Positions 26,641 through 39,246 of a stretch of DNA of 64,000 nt are shown in pieces (position 1 is the stretch's first letter; each line of letters begins with the position of its first letter). The DNA is taken from NCBI RefSeq assembly GCF_006345805.1, contig NC_042998.1, forward strand, positions 128,650,001 through 128,714,000, written 5' to 3'. The position numbers and the translations under genes were made by a program. The notes beneath the pieces were generated by a model. It worked only from the letters and a program-made list of their open reading frames with translations. It had not been told where the DNA came from and did no database searches. The DNA is from Octopus sinensis. Its lineage: Eukaryota.

Positions 26641-27248
26641 ACATTTCAATGTGACCTACGACAGACTTAGATGTGTGCATTTTAGAATGTGTGCAATACA
26701 TACGTACATACATACATACATACCTACATACATACATACATACACGCACATACACATACATATCAAATCGATGTCTTATAAAACTATTCTGCACATACAA
26801 TAACAGCCATATGAACAATCCAACATACCTCCATCATCAGCTGCTTCATGGATATCACTATGGTTTCGACACCTGGACAGTACCATTCAATCCGGCAGTG
26901 TCAACAGCACTAATATAAGTGTTTGTTTAGGAACAAACATACCTTAGATATCACCACATTCATTCGATCTTAATTCTAGGAAGGATTAAACACTAACATT
27001 ATTAATTAAACTGCAACAAAGAAACACATTTACCCTATGCACAAAAACAGTATTGGTAAATCAATTCTATTAGTAAACCTATAACTAGCTCCTAAATTAC
27101 CTAATTAGCCCTTGAAGTCCATACAGATAATATTCCCACCAATTTTCCTATAGTTATTAATATAAAAGTGAAAGATTAGAAATTTATAGAAAAACACAAG
27201 ATGAAGACAGGTGTATGAACAACAAGTAAATATATTAGTATATATATA

Positions 27249-27295
<47 letters not shown>

Positions 27296-27374
27296 ATATA
27301 TATATATGTATATACATATACATATATATAAAAAGTAACAAACTGAGGAAAAGGTATACACACACATATATATA

Positions 27375-27977
27375 ATACAAAGTAAGATAGGGGTTATGAA
27401 TGTAACCCACTATGGGATATAAATTATCCAATATACTGTTGGTAAAGTACCCAAATTCTTAATACACAAATGTTTTTAATTGCAATGCAATTAATTCATT
27501 TATTGTATTAAATGGGTGAAGGTAAAAAAATATTTTTACCGTAAATTTATAATACAAATAAGAAAATGGAGAAACAAATTCAGTTTGTTCATCAACTTAT
27601 GGATATTACAATGTTACATTATTTATTCATTTTACAAATGAGCATATCAAAAGTAAACAAAATATTATATAACTCAATAGGTAATATAATAATACAAATA
27701 CAGATTTTAAAAGTCATACTATAAATTATTGAAATTCATAAACTACTTCTTACAGCTGTTTCAGCCTATGGTCAAAAGTTAATCCAACTTACATTGCCTA
27801 TAGATGTCAATATATTAAGGGTTGTAGGCATTTAAAAAAATATAATACTTATATGTTAAAAGAACCATAGGCCTCGTCAGAGGATATAATTAACTTAAAA
27901 AATATAATGATAATATTAATATACTAAACATCCTGCACTTATTACCTAATATATACAAATAAATAATAAACAAATAT

Positions 27978-27980
<3 letters not shown>
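27375..27980 (-). mobile_element. (TA)n-flanked Penelope-like pseudo-LTR/retrozyme-type unit containing a hammerhead motif
   Basis: Bounded by (TA)n on both sides, contains the hammerhead at 27746-27885, and shares motifs with 26425 and 48104-48450. Confidence 0.6.
27746..27885 (-). ncRNA. Minimal type I hammerhead ribozyme motif
   Basis: tcct-CTGACGA-GGCCTATGGT-(~90 nt)-ACCATAGGCT-GAAA-C-AGCT-GTA-agaa. Core intact, 10-bp stem II, palindromic AGCT loop III, weak stem I. Confidence 0.7.
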
Positions 27981-28033
<53 letters not shown>

Positions 28034-28369
28034 ATTATGTATGTATGTATGTGAAGGTTAGAATGTTGCACTCACGATTGTGAGAGCGTGGGCTCGATTC
28101 CCAGACCTGGCATTGCATTGTGTTTTTGAGTAAAGCACTTCATTTCATGTTGCTCTGGGATTATTTTGACATCTGACATGTGTCACTTGTTGCAACTGTA
28201 CAAGTATTGTCAATGTGGTGGAGGGACTGAGCTTGTCTACACAAACATTTGATCACTATAAACAAATCATCTGTGTGGTTGTTTGGTAAGAAATTGTCAA
28301 ACCCTCATATGTTGTCTGATGACGAGAGAGACATGTATGTCTCCCCTATTTTTTTAACCTTCCACAGAG

Positions 28370-28690
28370 GAGGGAGCCAGTTTCCAACAAAGATACAAAG
28401 TTCCATCTTTGGGATGTAATTAACACAGACAAATTCACATTTGGCACTTGAGAAAAGTCTTGCATATTTTTACTGTTCCACTCACAGATTGCACTTGTAA
28501 TGTACAAATTAGCTAGTTGATTTCTCTTTCTGAAAATCCCAGTTTATCCAGATTCTCCTTTAAGCATTTAGTAACAAAGCCCAGTACGCCAATTATTATT
28601 GGTATGAATGTGAATTCATAGTCTGGATATAGAAGCTGGAGGTTTCAAAGCAGTTGTTTATAGATATCCTCTTTTTCTTTGATTTTCAAA
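28370..28690 (-). mobile_element. R4/Dong- or NeSL-like LINE C-terminal (restriction-like endonuclease) fragment
   Basis: ISLKIKEKEDIYKQLL*NLQLLYPDYEFTFIPIIIGVLGFVTKCLKENLDKLGF...SGTVKICKTFL. Confidence 0.7.
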
Positions 28691-29417
28691 GAGATATGTA
28701 TGTATGTCATTATCTAGTTTATTTCTAACCTAGATCCAAGGTTCCTTCATTGGAATTTCAACATCAACAACAGGGTATTTTTGTTTGTATTACGTATGTA
28801 TGTATGTGCAGATTTGTATGTTTTATGTATGTATTTTCATGCATATAGTTGCATATCTAGACATGCTCATATATATTTAAATGATAAGCTTCAAAGTGGG
28901 AGGTGGTAATCCGGCTATTGGTCCATGATAAACTGCTTTGATAATTGATGTTAATATCATCACAGAGGTTTCTAGTAACATATTCGTGCATAGTCTTCTG
29001 CTCATATAGGATCATCCTTTCATATGTATGTACGTACATATGTATGTATGTGTGTATGTATGTATGTCTGTACATACATATGCATGATGTATGTATGTAT
29101 GGATGAATGTATTGCTAATTAAATAGGAAAAAAAGAATGTACACACACAGATATATCTTGTTAATTTCTTGGATTCAATCATTGGACTATGGCTATGATG
29201 GTTGACAACTATATTCAATTACATTTAACTCTAGTCCTTGTCTTATCAAGTGGTACTTATCATTATTAAGTGGTACTTTTCATTATCTGTCTCAGAAGAA
29301 TAAAGGGCAAAATGCTCCAGGGATAATTTGGAACTCAGAACATGTTTTACAAATATATGCTTACAACTACTAAATGATGTTCAAGTGTGTTAGAGTGTAT
29401 GTGTTTGTGTGTGTTGT

Positions 29418-29740
29418 GAAGGCACATGGCTAAGTGGTTAGGGTATTTGGCTCATGATTGTAAGGTTGTGAGTTTGATTCCCAGCGATGCATTGTGTCCT
29501 TGAACAAGACTCATTATTTTACATAGCTCCAGTTCACTCAGCTGCCAAACATGAGTGGTACCTGTAATTCAAAGGGCCAGCCTTGTTACATTCTGGGACA
29601 TGCTGAATCTCCCTGAGAATTACATTGAGGGTACACATGTTAACGGAGTACTCAGCCACTCACATGCTAATTTCATGAGCTGGTTGTTCTGTGAATCGGA
29701 TCAATTGGAACTCTTGTCATCGTAAGTGACAGAGTGCCAG
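29418..29740 (+). mobile_element. tRNA-derived SINE (CORE-like), near full length
   Basis: ggcacatggctaagtggttagg A-box, gagtttgattcc B-box, gtgtccttgaacaagac CORE-like block. Homologous to 24375-24680, 33838 and 46063. Confidence 0.75.
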
Positions 29741-30289
29741 TTTGTGTGTGTGTGTGAGTATGTGTAAGTGTATGCATGCATGTGTGCGTGTGTGCATGTG
29801 TGCATGTGTGTATGTGTGTGTGTGATAAATATCTACAATTCTGTCTTCTACAGTGACATATTATCTTGTTCATAAACAAACGAGGGTTGGCAAGAGTAAA
29901 GGGCCAACAGCCATAAAACAAAATCTGTCTCAACAGATATCATTTGACCCATGCAAACATGGAAATGAGGATTTTAAACAATGATGATGATGATGATATG
30001 TGAGTCCCTGTGCATATGAACAAGTATTCTGGTTGTTTAAACAACAGAACTGCATGCACATTCTATTACAATACAAGCAGCAGGGTATTCCATTGATATG
30101 TATATCCTTAACATGATTCTCATGTGGAATCAGCTTGACACAGAATGTGACAAAGTTCACCTGTTGACTTACAGGCACAGTTGATAAAACATGCTTCCAT
30201 CCACTTTCTGTCTATGCAATCTTGCTTACAAAGCATTAGTTGAGTCATGAATTTGACCCCACTAAGAGTCATCTTGGGCAAATGTCATC

Positions 30290-30376
<87 letters not shown>

Positions 30377-30494
30377 GCATCTATCTATCTATTTATCTCT
30401 CTGTCTGTCTGTTTCTCTCTCTCCTCCCTCTCTCTCTGTATATATATATAAATCTATATCTATATTTATGTATGTATGTATCTATCTATCTTTC

Positions 30495-31735
30495 TATTTA
30501 GCACTGTAAGTGTAGGCACATTGAAAGGTAGGTCTAGTGACATTGTAGAGATGCTGGAACAGAGACGCGTTGATGCATGTTGCGTACAAGAGGTAAGGTG
30601 GAGAGGAGATTCAGCCAGAGTCCTCACAGGCAATGCACGTAGGTATAAACACTTCTGGGAATGTAATAGTGATGGAATAGGGGGTGTGGGCATACTTCTT
30701 GCAGAGAAATTGGTGGATAAGGTCATAGAGGTAGTTAGGGCTTGCATGTGTGCAAACTGCCATGCTACACAGCAGTGAAACATAGGGCATGACTGCTGAG
30801 GAGATGTGTAGGCTTGAAAGAAATGAAGCTAGTATGATCCGCTGGATGTGTAATGTCAGAGTGCATACACAACAGAGTGTAAGCGCCCTGAAAGAAACAT
30901 TAAATGTGGTGTGCAAGGGAGATGATTGCACTGGTATGGTCATGTGTTATGTATGGATGAGGACAGTTGTGTGAAGAAGTGCCACTCCCTAACTGTAGAA
31001 GAAACCTTTGGAAGAAGTAGACCCAGGAAGACATGGGATGAGGTGGTGAAGCATGACCTTCAAACATTAGGCCTCACAGAAGCAATGACAGGGAACCAAG
31101 ACCATTGGAGATATGCTGTGATTGAGAAGACCTGGCAACTAAAGTGAGATCACAGCCATGCATGTCCAGCCCAGTTAAGAGTACCCCTGATGTATTGAGC
31201 AATATGATATGATTGACAGGACCTGTTGAGTCATGTAAAACCAAAATCGTAGCTATGGCCAATGCCCCCTGACTGGCTCCTATGCCAGTGGCACGTAAAA
31301 TGCACCATCTGAATATGGCCAATGCCAGTATCCACTGACAGGCTCAATGCCGGTAGCATGTAAAAAACACTATCCGAATGTGATCAATGCCAGGACCACC
31401 TTACTGGCTCCCATGATGGTGGCACATAACAAGCACCATCTGAACATGGATGATGCCAGTACCTCTTGACTAACCCCTGTGCCAGTGGCATGTAAAATGA
31501 ACTATCTGAATGTGATCGATGCCAGGCCTGCCTGACTGGCTCCTGTACCAGTGGCATGTAAAAAGCACCCACTACACTCTCGGAATGGTTGGCATTAGGA
31601 AGGGCATCCAGCTGTAGAACCATTGCCCGATCAGATTGGACCCTGGTGCAGCCACTGGCTCTCCAGACCTCAGTCAAACTGTCGAACCCATGCCAGCATG
31701 GGAAATGGATGTTAAACGATGATGATAATGATGAT
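30495..31735 (+). mobile_element. Internally deleted RTE LINE: endonuclease start joined to RT C-terminus and complete 3' UTR
   Basis: TVSVGTLKGRS..IVEML..RRVDACCVQEVRWRG...GGVGILLAEK (APE) jumps at ~30740 to SET*..LERNEASMIRWMC..WYGHVL..GRSRPRKTWDEVV. The 3' UTR has tandem units and ends ggaagggcatccagc..gttaaac(gat)n. Confidence 0.85.
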
Positions 31736-31769
31736 ATATGTATATGATGATGATGATGATGATGATATA

Positions 31770-32232
31770 TATCTATATATCTATCTATCATATATATGTT
31801 TGTCTGCCTCTGTGTTTGTCATGTTATTAAAACTCAAGATCCACCCAACCGATTTTAGTGAAATTTTACACATGTATTGCATAGGGTCCATTTTCAACTT
31901 TTTGTCTAATGTGGGCTCAGGGGCAGATAAACCTCATTTTTAAGCATTTTTGCAGTGTTAAGGCCTGTAATTTGAAGAGTATCCAGCTGCTTTCCTCTAA
32001 ATTTGCAACAAACATTAATCAGGCTCCTTGAATTGCTGTTGACTAAAAAATGTTTCTGATGTCGACTATGGGCTCACCAAAAATGCAGATTAATCAGATT
32101 TGAGTATACTGCATGTGGGTTTTATCTTTGTTTTAGACCATTTTCCAACGATAAAATATTGACACCACTTATGCATTTTAAAGTAGCGTATATATTTCAT
32201 GAAAACTTTTTTGTCCAGTTTGGCAGGGGAAG
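31770..32232 (+). mobile_element. Possible Helitron/Helentron-type non-autonomous element
   Basis: Microsatellite followed by aactcaagatccacccaaccgattttagtgaaattttacac, a block typical of the 5' region of such elements; ends tggcagggga. Termini unresolved. Confidence 0.35.
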
Positions 32233-32451
32233 TAACATATATATATAGATATATAGATATATAGATATAGATATATAGATATATATATATAGGTGCAGGT
32301 ATGGCTGTGTGGTAAGAAGCTTAATTCCTAGCCACATGGTCCCAGATTCAGTCCCTCTGCATAACACCTAGGCCAAATGTTTTCTACAGTAGTCTCAGGC
32401 CAACCAAAGTCTTGTGAGTGGATTTAGTAGACACAAACCAAAAGAAGTCCA

Positions 32452-32489
<38 letters not shown>

Positions 32490-32789
32490 TGTGTGTGTGT
32501 AAGTTTGTCTTTGTGCCTGTGTTTGTCCTCCACCACTACTTGATAACTGATGTTGGTGTGTTTATGTTTCTGGGAGTGAATATATATGCACATATACACA
32601 AACACACTTCTATACACGTGAACACTCAATTTAGCCAGCATGTTACTTTATATAAACACTAGTAAATCTTTCCGCCTAGCAGATAATACACACACACACA
32701 AACACACACGCGCACCACACACACACACACACACACACACACCACACACACACACAAACACGCATACACACACACACACAAACACGCAT

Positions 32790-32822
<33 letters not shown>

Positions 32823-33837
32823 TACACACATACACACACACAAAAACACACATATTTGGAGTTACATGTCACATAATCATATGGATACATACGGGCAGAA
32901 ATATCTTAATATCTTATCAGGAACGATACAACTACTATTAAATCCTTACATTAGATTATTCACTTAATCAATGAGACATGCATATACTTGCACTCAATCA
33001 CACAAATGTACACACATGCACACACACACACACACACACACTCACAAACACATATAAACACACATACACACACCTTGCTTTTGGATCACAATCGGAAAAT
33101 GAACCTGTCTATTATCATCTGCAGGAAAGTCCCAAGGCCAAGTACTTTACAGAATGTATTGGGTGCTTTTTATGTGGCACCAGCACCAGTGCGGTAACTT
33201 GGTAACTTGCAAGATAAAGACCCCTCAACTGAGATGGGGACTAGTATTGAGGGAGGTAACTTTGTGCTAGTTGAAAATAAGTGTCTTGGTATAGAGGAAA
33301 TACATAGCTATCTCATTTGGAAAAAAAAGGTGAAAGCAGTTGGCATTAGGTGGGGCCAACCACTAAACTCTTGGAGTGGTTGGTGGTAGGAAGGGCATCT
33401 AGCTGTAGAAACCTTGCCAGATTAGATTGGAGCCTTCTGGCTTGCCAGTCCTAGTCAAACCGCCCAACCCATGCCAGCATGGAAAGCTGATGTTAAACGA
33501 TGATGATATTGATGATGATGATGATGATGATGATATCATCATCATCATCACCATTGTCATCATCATCACCATTGTCATCATCATCACCATTGTCATCATC
33601 ATCATCGCTTAACATTTACTTTTCCCTGCTTGTACAGGTCAGACAGAATTTGTTAAAGCAGACATTTTCTATGGGTGATTCTCTTCTTGTTGCCAACATT
33701 CACGTGCTTCCAAGTCAGGTAATATTTCATCATAAAGACAAGAATAAATGATATCACTTGTTTGACAGTAATGCTCCTTTACAATCATCATGTGACCTCC
33801 CCCCTCTCTCTCTATATATATATATAGACATACACAT

Positions 33838-34180
33838 GTGAAGGCACATGGCTCAGTCCTTAGAGTGTTGGGCTTACAATCATGAGGTAGTGAGTTCAAT
33901 TCCTGGACCAGGCTGTGTGTTGTGCTCTTGAGCAAGACACTTTATTTCCCGTTGCTCCAGTTCACTTAGCTGTAGAAATGTGTTGCTATGTCACTGGTGC
34001 CAAGCTGTATTGGCCTTTGCTTTTCCTTTGGATAACATCAGTGGCATGGAGAGGGGAGGTTGGTGTGCATGGGTAACTGCTGGTCTTCCATAAACAACTT
34101 TGCTCGAACTTGTGCCTCAGAGAAGAACTTGCTTGGTGCAAATCCCATGGTCATTCTTGACTGAAGGGGTCTTTACCCTT
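33838..34180 (+). mobile_element. tRNA-derived SINE, near full length
   Basis: ggcacatggctcagt A-box, gagttcaattcc B-box, CORE-like block, ends tttaccctttta. Confidence 0.7.
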
Positions 34181-34239
34181 TTACATACATACACACATAC
34201 ATACATACTTACACACATACATGCATGCATGCATACACT

Positions 34240-34795
34240 ATAGCTACTGAGAGGTGGATACTGAGGCAAATGTCAACTCCAGAATTGGGTGTGCAGCAGT
34301 AGTTTTTTCAGAAGAATGAACCAGACCTGGGCCAGCATTTCAATTAGCAACTGTATGAAGATTCTGTCAACAGTAGTCTATGCAGGAGAAACTTGGAAAA
34401 TGACTACCAAGATCACTCAATGGTTGAAAGCATCCCACCGATGGTATCTATGGAGAATACTCAAGATCATCTACATGGACAGAATCATAAACCCTGAAGT
34501 CCTGCAAAGAGCTAATTTGTGTAGCCAGCAAGAGATTGTGGCAGAAAGAAGAGTGAGACTTGCAGGTCATGTTTTCTGACTGCCAAAAGGATGAATACCC
34601 ATTTCTATACAATGGGTACCACCCGAGGGACAAACAAAGAGAAGAAGACCTCTGAAGACATAACATATCACCGTTAAAGAAGATCTGAGGTGACTTAGCA
34701 TCTCTTGGGAAGATGTAACCAACTATGTTCAAAACCAGGATTATTTGAGACAAGTTACTACCAATTGTATGGGCCAACTGTATTAGAGGGACTAG
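34240..34795 (+). mobile_element. RTE-clade LINE RT C-terminal fragment
   Basis: VYAGETWKMTTKITQWLKASHRWYLWRILKIIYMDRIINPEVLQRA...ERRVRLAGHVF. Confidence 0.75.
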
Positions 34796-35551
34796 AACAC
34801 ATAAATACATACATGTGTGTGTGTGTGTCCTTATGTATCTGTCTAGTTGTCTGCTGCTTGTATATCTGCCTGTTTGTCTATTGTAAGTTGTTTTTTACAT
34901 AACCAGATTTGAACTCTCTGCAATCATCACTTACAACACATTTTTATTGTTTGAACTAGTGAACTGTACTGTCCACTATCTTTTTTTTACTGCAGTACTG
35001 CAGCATTGGTTATAACATTATATATGTGTTTTATATATATATATATATATCTTTGACTCACCAGCCACTTAAGGAACCGGTCATCTGTGAAACTCGAAAA
35101 TATCAAAAATACATCACTTTAATAATTGATAATGTTGGTGTTGATAACGATGTTGCCACTACTGTTGCTGTTTTAATTACTGTAGCTGCTGCTGCTGCTG
35201 CGTTATAAGCCACTATAAATATCACTGCTACCACCATTACAACCAGTTGCACATCCACCTCCATTGGTCTATTTAGATCATGCTGACCTGTGAAAAGAAT
35301 CGACTGAATACAATGAAAGCAATCCAGAAACCTAACATAGCTGTTATGGTTTTGTTTCCTGTCAGACAAACCTGAATGTTAAGGTGTTGAGTGAGTTGTA
35401 AAGTGGTCGAGTTTTTGTATTTATCATGTTTGACGATTACATGTTTTGCAAAAAAATATTTTAGAACAAACCACATATAAAATACACATACATAAATGCA
35501 TTATGTGCACATATATACTTGTGCATATGCATGCAATTCTACATGGCAGCT

Positions 35552-35946
35552 ACATCGATTGCTCTGGGGACCACATCAGGACAATTACCCCCATAGAACA
35601 ATCCCCCCCCCCCAATGACAACTATCCCCTATGACAATTACCCTCCTTGGTTAATTACTCCCTCTTTAATATATTAAGAAGTTTTAAATCATCATATGTT
35701 GTTCTCAGGGGTAATTGTCTTTGCGAGGTTATTGTCCACGAGGGGGGGGGGTAAATGTCCTAGACTCCTGGAGACAGCAGAATCAGCAAAAATGAAGGAG
35801 AAAAAATATGAGAAATGAAGCTCTGAAGATAGAAATCAAAAAGCTATAGTCAATGAAAATGGTATATGTTGTGTCAAAGCTTCATTTCTTATCCTTTTTC
35901 CTCCTTCATTTTTGGTGATTCTGCTGTCCCCAGGGCAAGCAATGTC
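35552..35946. mobile_element. Foldback MITE whose left TIR is interrupted by a second MITE (35572-35767)
   Basis: Outer arms ctggggac..agcagaatcagcaaaaatgaagga / tccttcatttttggtgattctgctgtccccagg. The inner element has ggacaattacccc tandem units in inverted arms and is flanked by ctggggac (35564-35571) / ctggagac (35768-35775). Confidence 0.7.
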
Positions 35947-35959
35947 TACGATCAGGTAT

Positions 35960-37175
35960 GATTTTCCTTCAGTACAGTATCAGATATCTGACATTTTATT
36001 CTGAGATCACATTGGATCATGAAGTTCCAAAGTAACTTTGCTCTGTCATTTTCTACTATACCCTTTAGTTCATGTTTATATCATTTTCTCACCCTTCCTA
36101 ATCCAAACTTGTTACATGATTCTTAGTAAACCATTCAAATACATGTGCTTTTTTGTATTCTCTCTGGGTCAATTTGATTCAGTAGCATAAATGTCTCACT
36201 GTCTCTCCAATTTTACCACACATTCTGTTTGTCAGATTCTGAAAAATTGCCAGTTATTTGCTTGATGTAGTTTGTTCCCTATGCTTGTTTTTGTATTGTA
36301 CATATCAGGGCCTCTGTTTCAGCTGTGTTTTTTGGTACCTCTCTTGAGAACTGATTATGCATCTGCTTATTCTTTCAGTTGTTTTCTCCCTTTGTTTGTT
36401 TTCATTTTCTAACTCATCTTGTCCTGATTGCTTTCTGTATGTAATAAATCTACCTTCCTTAATTGCACAAATAGTGCTTCGTTTGCGTTCTTTATATACC
36501 AAGCAAGATTGTTTTCCTCTGTCTAAAACTAAATACAATTTGTATAAATTATCAATTTCCATTTTTCTTCTTCCTTGTAAAGTGTAGCCAATCAATATCA
36601 CTTTTTGGGTGGAATATACTTCATTTTGTTAGTAGTTTCCTTGTTTCTTTGTCCAGAGACTACAATTGTTCTGTTTGCCATTGTATCTCTTCTGCTCCAC
36701 ATCTCAAGAGAGTATCTGCCTCTGTATCTATTGTCTGGAACTTATTCCTCCCATGCAGTTTAGTTTTCAAAATCAATCTCAGCCTTCTGAAATACTCTTA
36801 AGAGAAAATCTTCATTTAGCTTTCCATCAGTTTGCCTCTTCCCCATATGCCCAGAGATTTATATCTTTCCTTGTCTATTCTCTTTTGAGACCAATTTCAT
36901 AGAATCAACATATCACACTTTTTCAGCCCAAATTCCATTCTATTGTTTATGTTAATGAAATGCACTGTTTGAACCAGAGAATGTAGTTGGTTTTTATCTC
37001 TCCCATAAAGCTTCAGATCATTCATAAAATGTCTATGATTGGTCTTATTTTTCCTTTCCTTGAACTCATTTCCAGCTTTTGTGTTTCTCAAAATCAAAGT
37101 CAGTGATATATGTAATACAAAAAGCAATGGTGACAAGCTATCTCCTTGGAAGATTCCACATTTTGTTTTTGTCAA
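35960..37175 (-). mobile_element. R4/Dong-like LINE fragment (RT core to zinc knuckle/RLE)
   Basis: GIFQGDSLSPLLFV...NHRHFMNDLKLYG..QL..LVQTV....MEFGLKKC, and downstream RICGKIGETVRH..KHELKGIVENDRAKLLWNF.IQCD. Confidence 0.8.
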
Positions 37176-37202
37176 AGCCTGTGTTCTGTTTCCCTAGTTT
37201 AA

Positions 37203-37310
37203 CCTTTAGCACACTGTAGGTGCACCATGTCAATGAATGGGTTTTCTCCTCTGTGCTAATAGGGCAGTGGCAGGGGAAACAATTCTAGAAAGAATGCAGT
37301 GTGCTAAAGG
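37203..37310. mobile_element. piggyBac-like MITE
   Basis: TTAA|cctttagcacactg ... cagtgtgctaaagg; 14-bp TIR. The right TTAA is decayed. Confidence 0.6.
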
Positions 37311-38016
37311 TTGTTGTTGTGGCTGCTGCTGTTGTTGCTGTTGTTGTTTTTATTCCAAAAAGAATTAGGTACTTATTAAAAAATATAGCATAAAAATATT
37401 GAAGTTTAACAAATACTATGTGAAAATATCTTAACAATACTCACAAATCCTAGAATTGCTATTTTCTAAAACATTTCTATATCTATCAATGTCTTTAGAG
37501 AAGTGGTTGTATATCATTGAAATTGTACCAGTTATAAATGGGATAGCAAACACACGTGTAAATATTTGCAATTCAACACCTAATTTAGTGCAATACTTAA
37601 GCTTTTCAGTTTACATCTGTACAACATTATAGTCATTAAATATATATTGTTATATCACTAATTAGCTAAAGTTTAGTCATGGAAAATGATGTCAGACTTA
37701 TTAAGTGTTATCTGGCAGTCTGTTTGTTTGCCAAAGCCATTATTGTTTTTCACAGAAAGAGAAAGCCAGGGATTAGTGGAATCATTAAAGCATGTTTGCT
37801 GCAGCTCTTTATGGCATTTGTTCTGGATTCAAATCTTGCCAAGGTCACTTTGCCTTTGATTAAATAAAGTACCTGTCATGAACTGGAGTTGATGGTATTG
37901 ACTAACCTCCAGTCCTCAAAATTGCTGGTCTTGTGCCAACATTATACACAATTTTTTTTCCAGTATTGCTCTTCTTTAGTGTTTAGGGATAAATAAAGAA
38001 AGTATTATTATTACGG

Positions 38017-39246
38017 TTGGGGTTCAAGCAAAACCTCTCCCTAGGACAAAACTCTCCCAAGACAAAACCCCTTAGGACAAAATTTCCCTTGGACAAAATC
38101 TCCTGAGGACAAAACCCCTTTGGACAAAATCCTCAAGTTAAAGTGCAAAAGTAGGCAAAACCCTCTTAGTTATATTTTTGGCGAGGTGTACAATAAACAG
38201 CCCGCACTTTTTTTCCTTTTTTACAGATTCTGATGCTTTTGGCAATAGAGATTCCAGTTCTGGCAAAAAAAATTGGGCTTCTTTTCTAAAATTCAGTTTT
38301 GATGATGACAATGATGATGATGAATGAGGTTGAGTTTATTGCTGGTCACAGCTTTGGCAGTGGTGGCAGTGGCCGCATGATGATGATGGTAATGATAGTG
38401 GTGATGATTGTGGTGGCGGTGATGATGGTGATGGTGGTGGTGATGTTGACGACGACGACGATGATGCCACTGCTACCATCCTGGATGCCACCGCTGCTGC
38501 TGCCAACAATGATGAATGTTTCTGACTTGTAAAAACCATTTCTTGAAGTAAATGTTTCCTGTTTATGTTAGAATTCAGGAAATATCTACATAAAGTAGTA
38601 AAATCTCTTGCATTCTATTACCTTATTCTATTTATGTTTTTTTCCATTGAATATATTTTTGTATACTTAAAAATTAGAATTTTGGAAAATAAAAGTTTTT
38701 TCACAACAGCAATTTCTGATTTTGTTTACGTGAAATTAAAAAAAAAATTCTCGAGATTTGACTGTAATTTCTAACATGTGGAAAGATCCAGGTTTAACTT
38801 TATGTACTTGTTGAAAATCACTTACGCATACATAAATGAGTGAATGAGTTTCAAAACATTAAGAATATTGGTGTGGATGTGTGCAGGGTGGGAAGTGGTG
38901 TCAATTTTTTTTTTTTATATTGAAATTTAAAAAGAAAATTGTTTCAGAATCATAATCTTTGTATTTTTCTATGCAGAATCTAAAAACAATTTTTGCAAAA
39001 AAGTGGAAAATAAAAAAGATGGTGGGAGGAAGAGTGGGGGTGGGGAACTTAAAATTTTGAAATGCTAATTTTTTGGCAGAATTGGAATCGCTGTGACTGA
39101 AAAAAAAAGGCAGGATGGGGTGCTTATTTACACCTCTGCTAAAATATAACTGAGGCGTTTTTTTTCTTCACTTTTGCACTTTAACTTGTCTGAGAAGGTT
39201 TTGTCCTAAGGGTGTATTGTCCTAGGGGTGTTTTGTTGTACACTCA
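38017..39246. mobile_element. ~1.2-kb foldback element with long TIRs containing ~16-bp GGACAAAA tandem units (FB/MULE-like)
   Basis: Left arm (ggacaaaacccc..)x~6-aagttaaagtgcaaaagt..agttatattttt..gaggtgta..gattccagttctggcaaaaaa is mirrored at 39060-39246. Confidence 0.7.

Noticed and set aside
38299-38539. Met/Val- or Ser/Pro-rich ORFs
   Set aside because: (GAT/GGT)n low-complexity filler within a foldback element.
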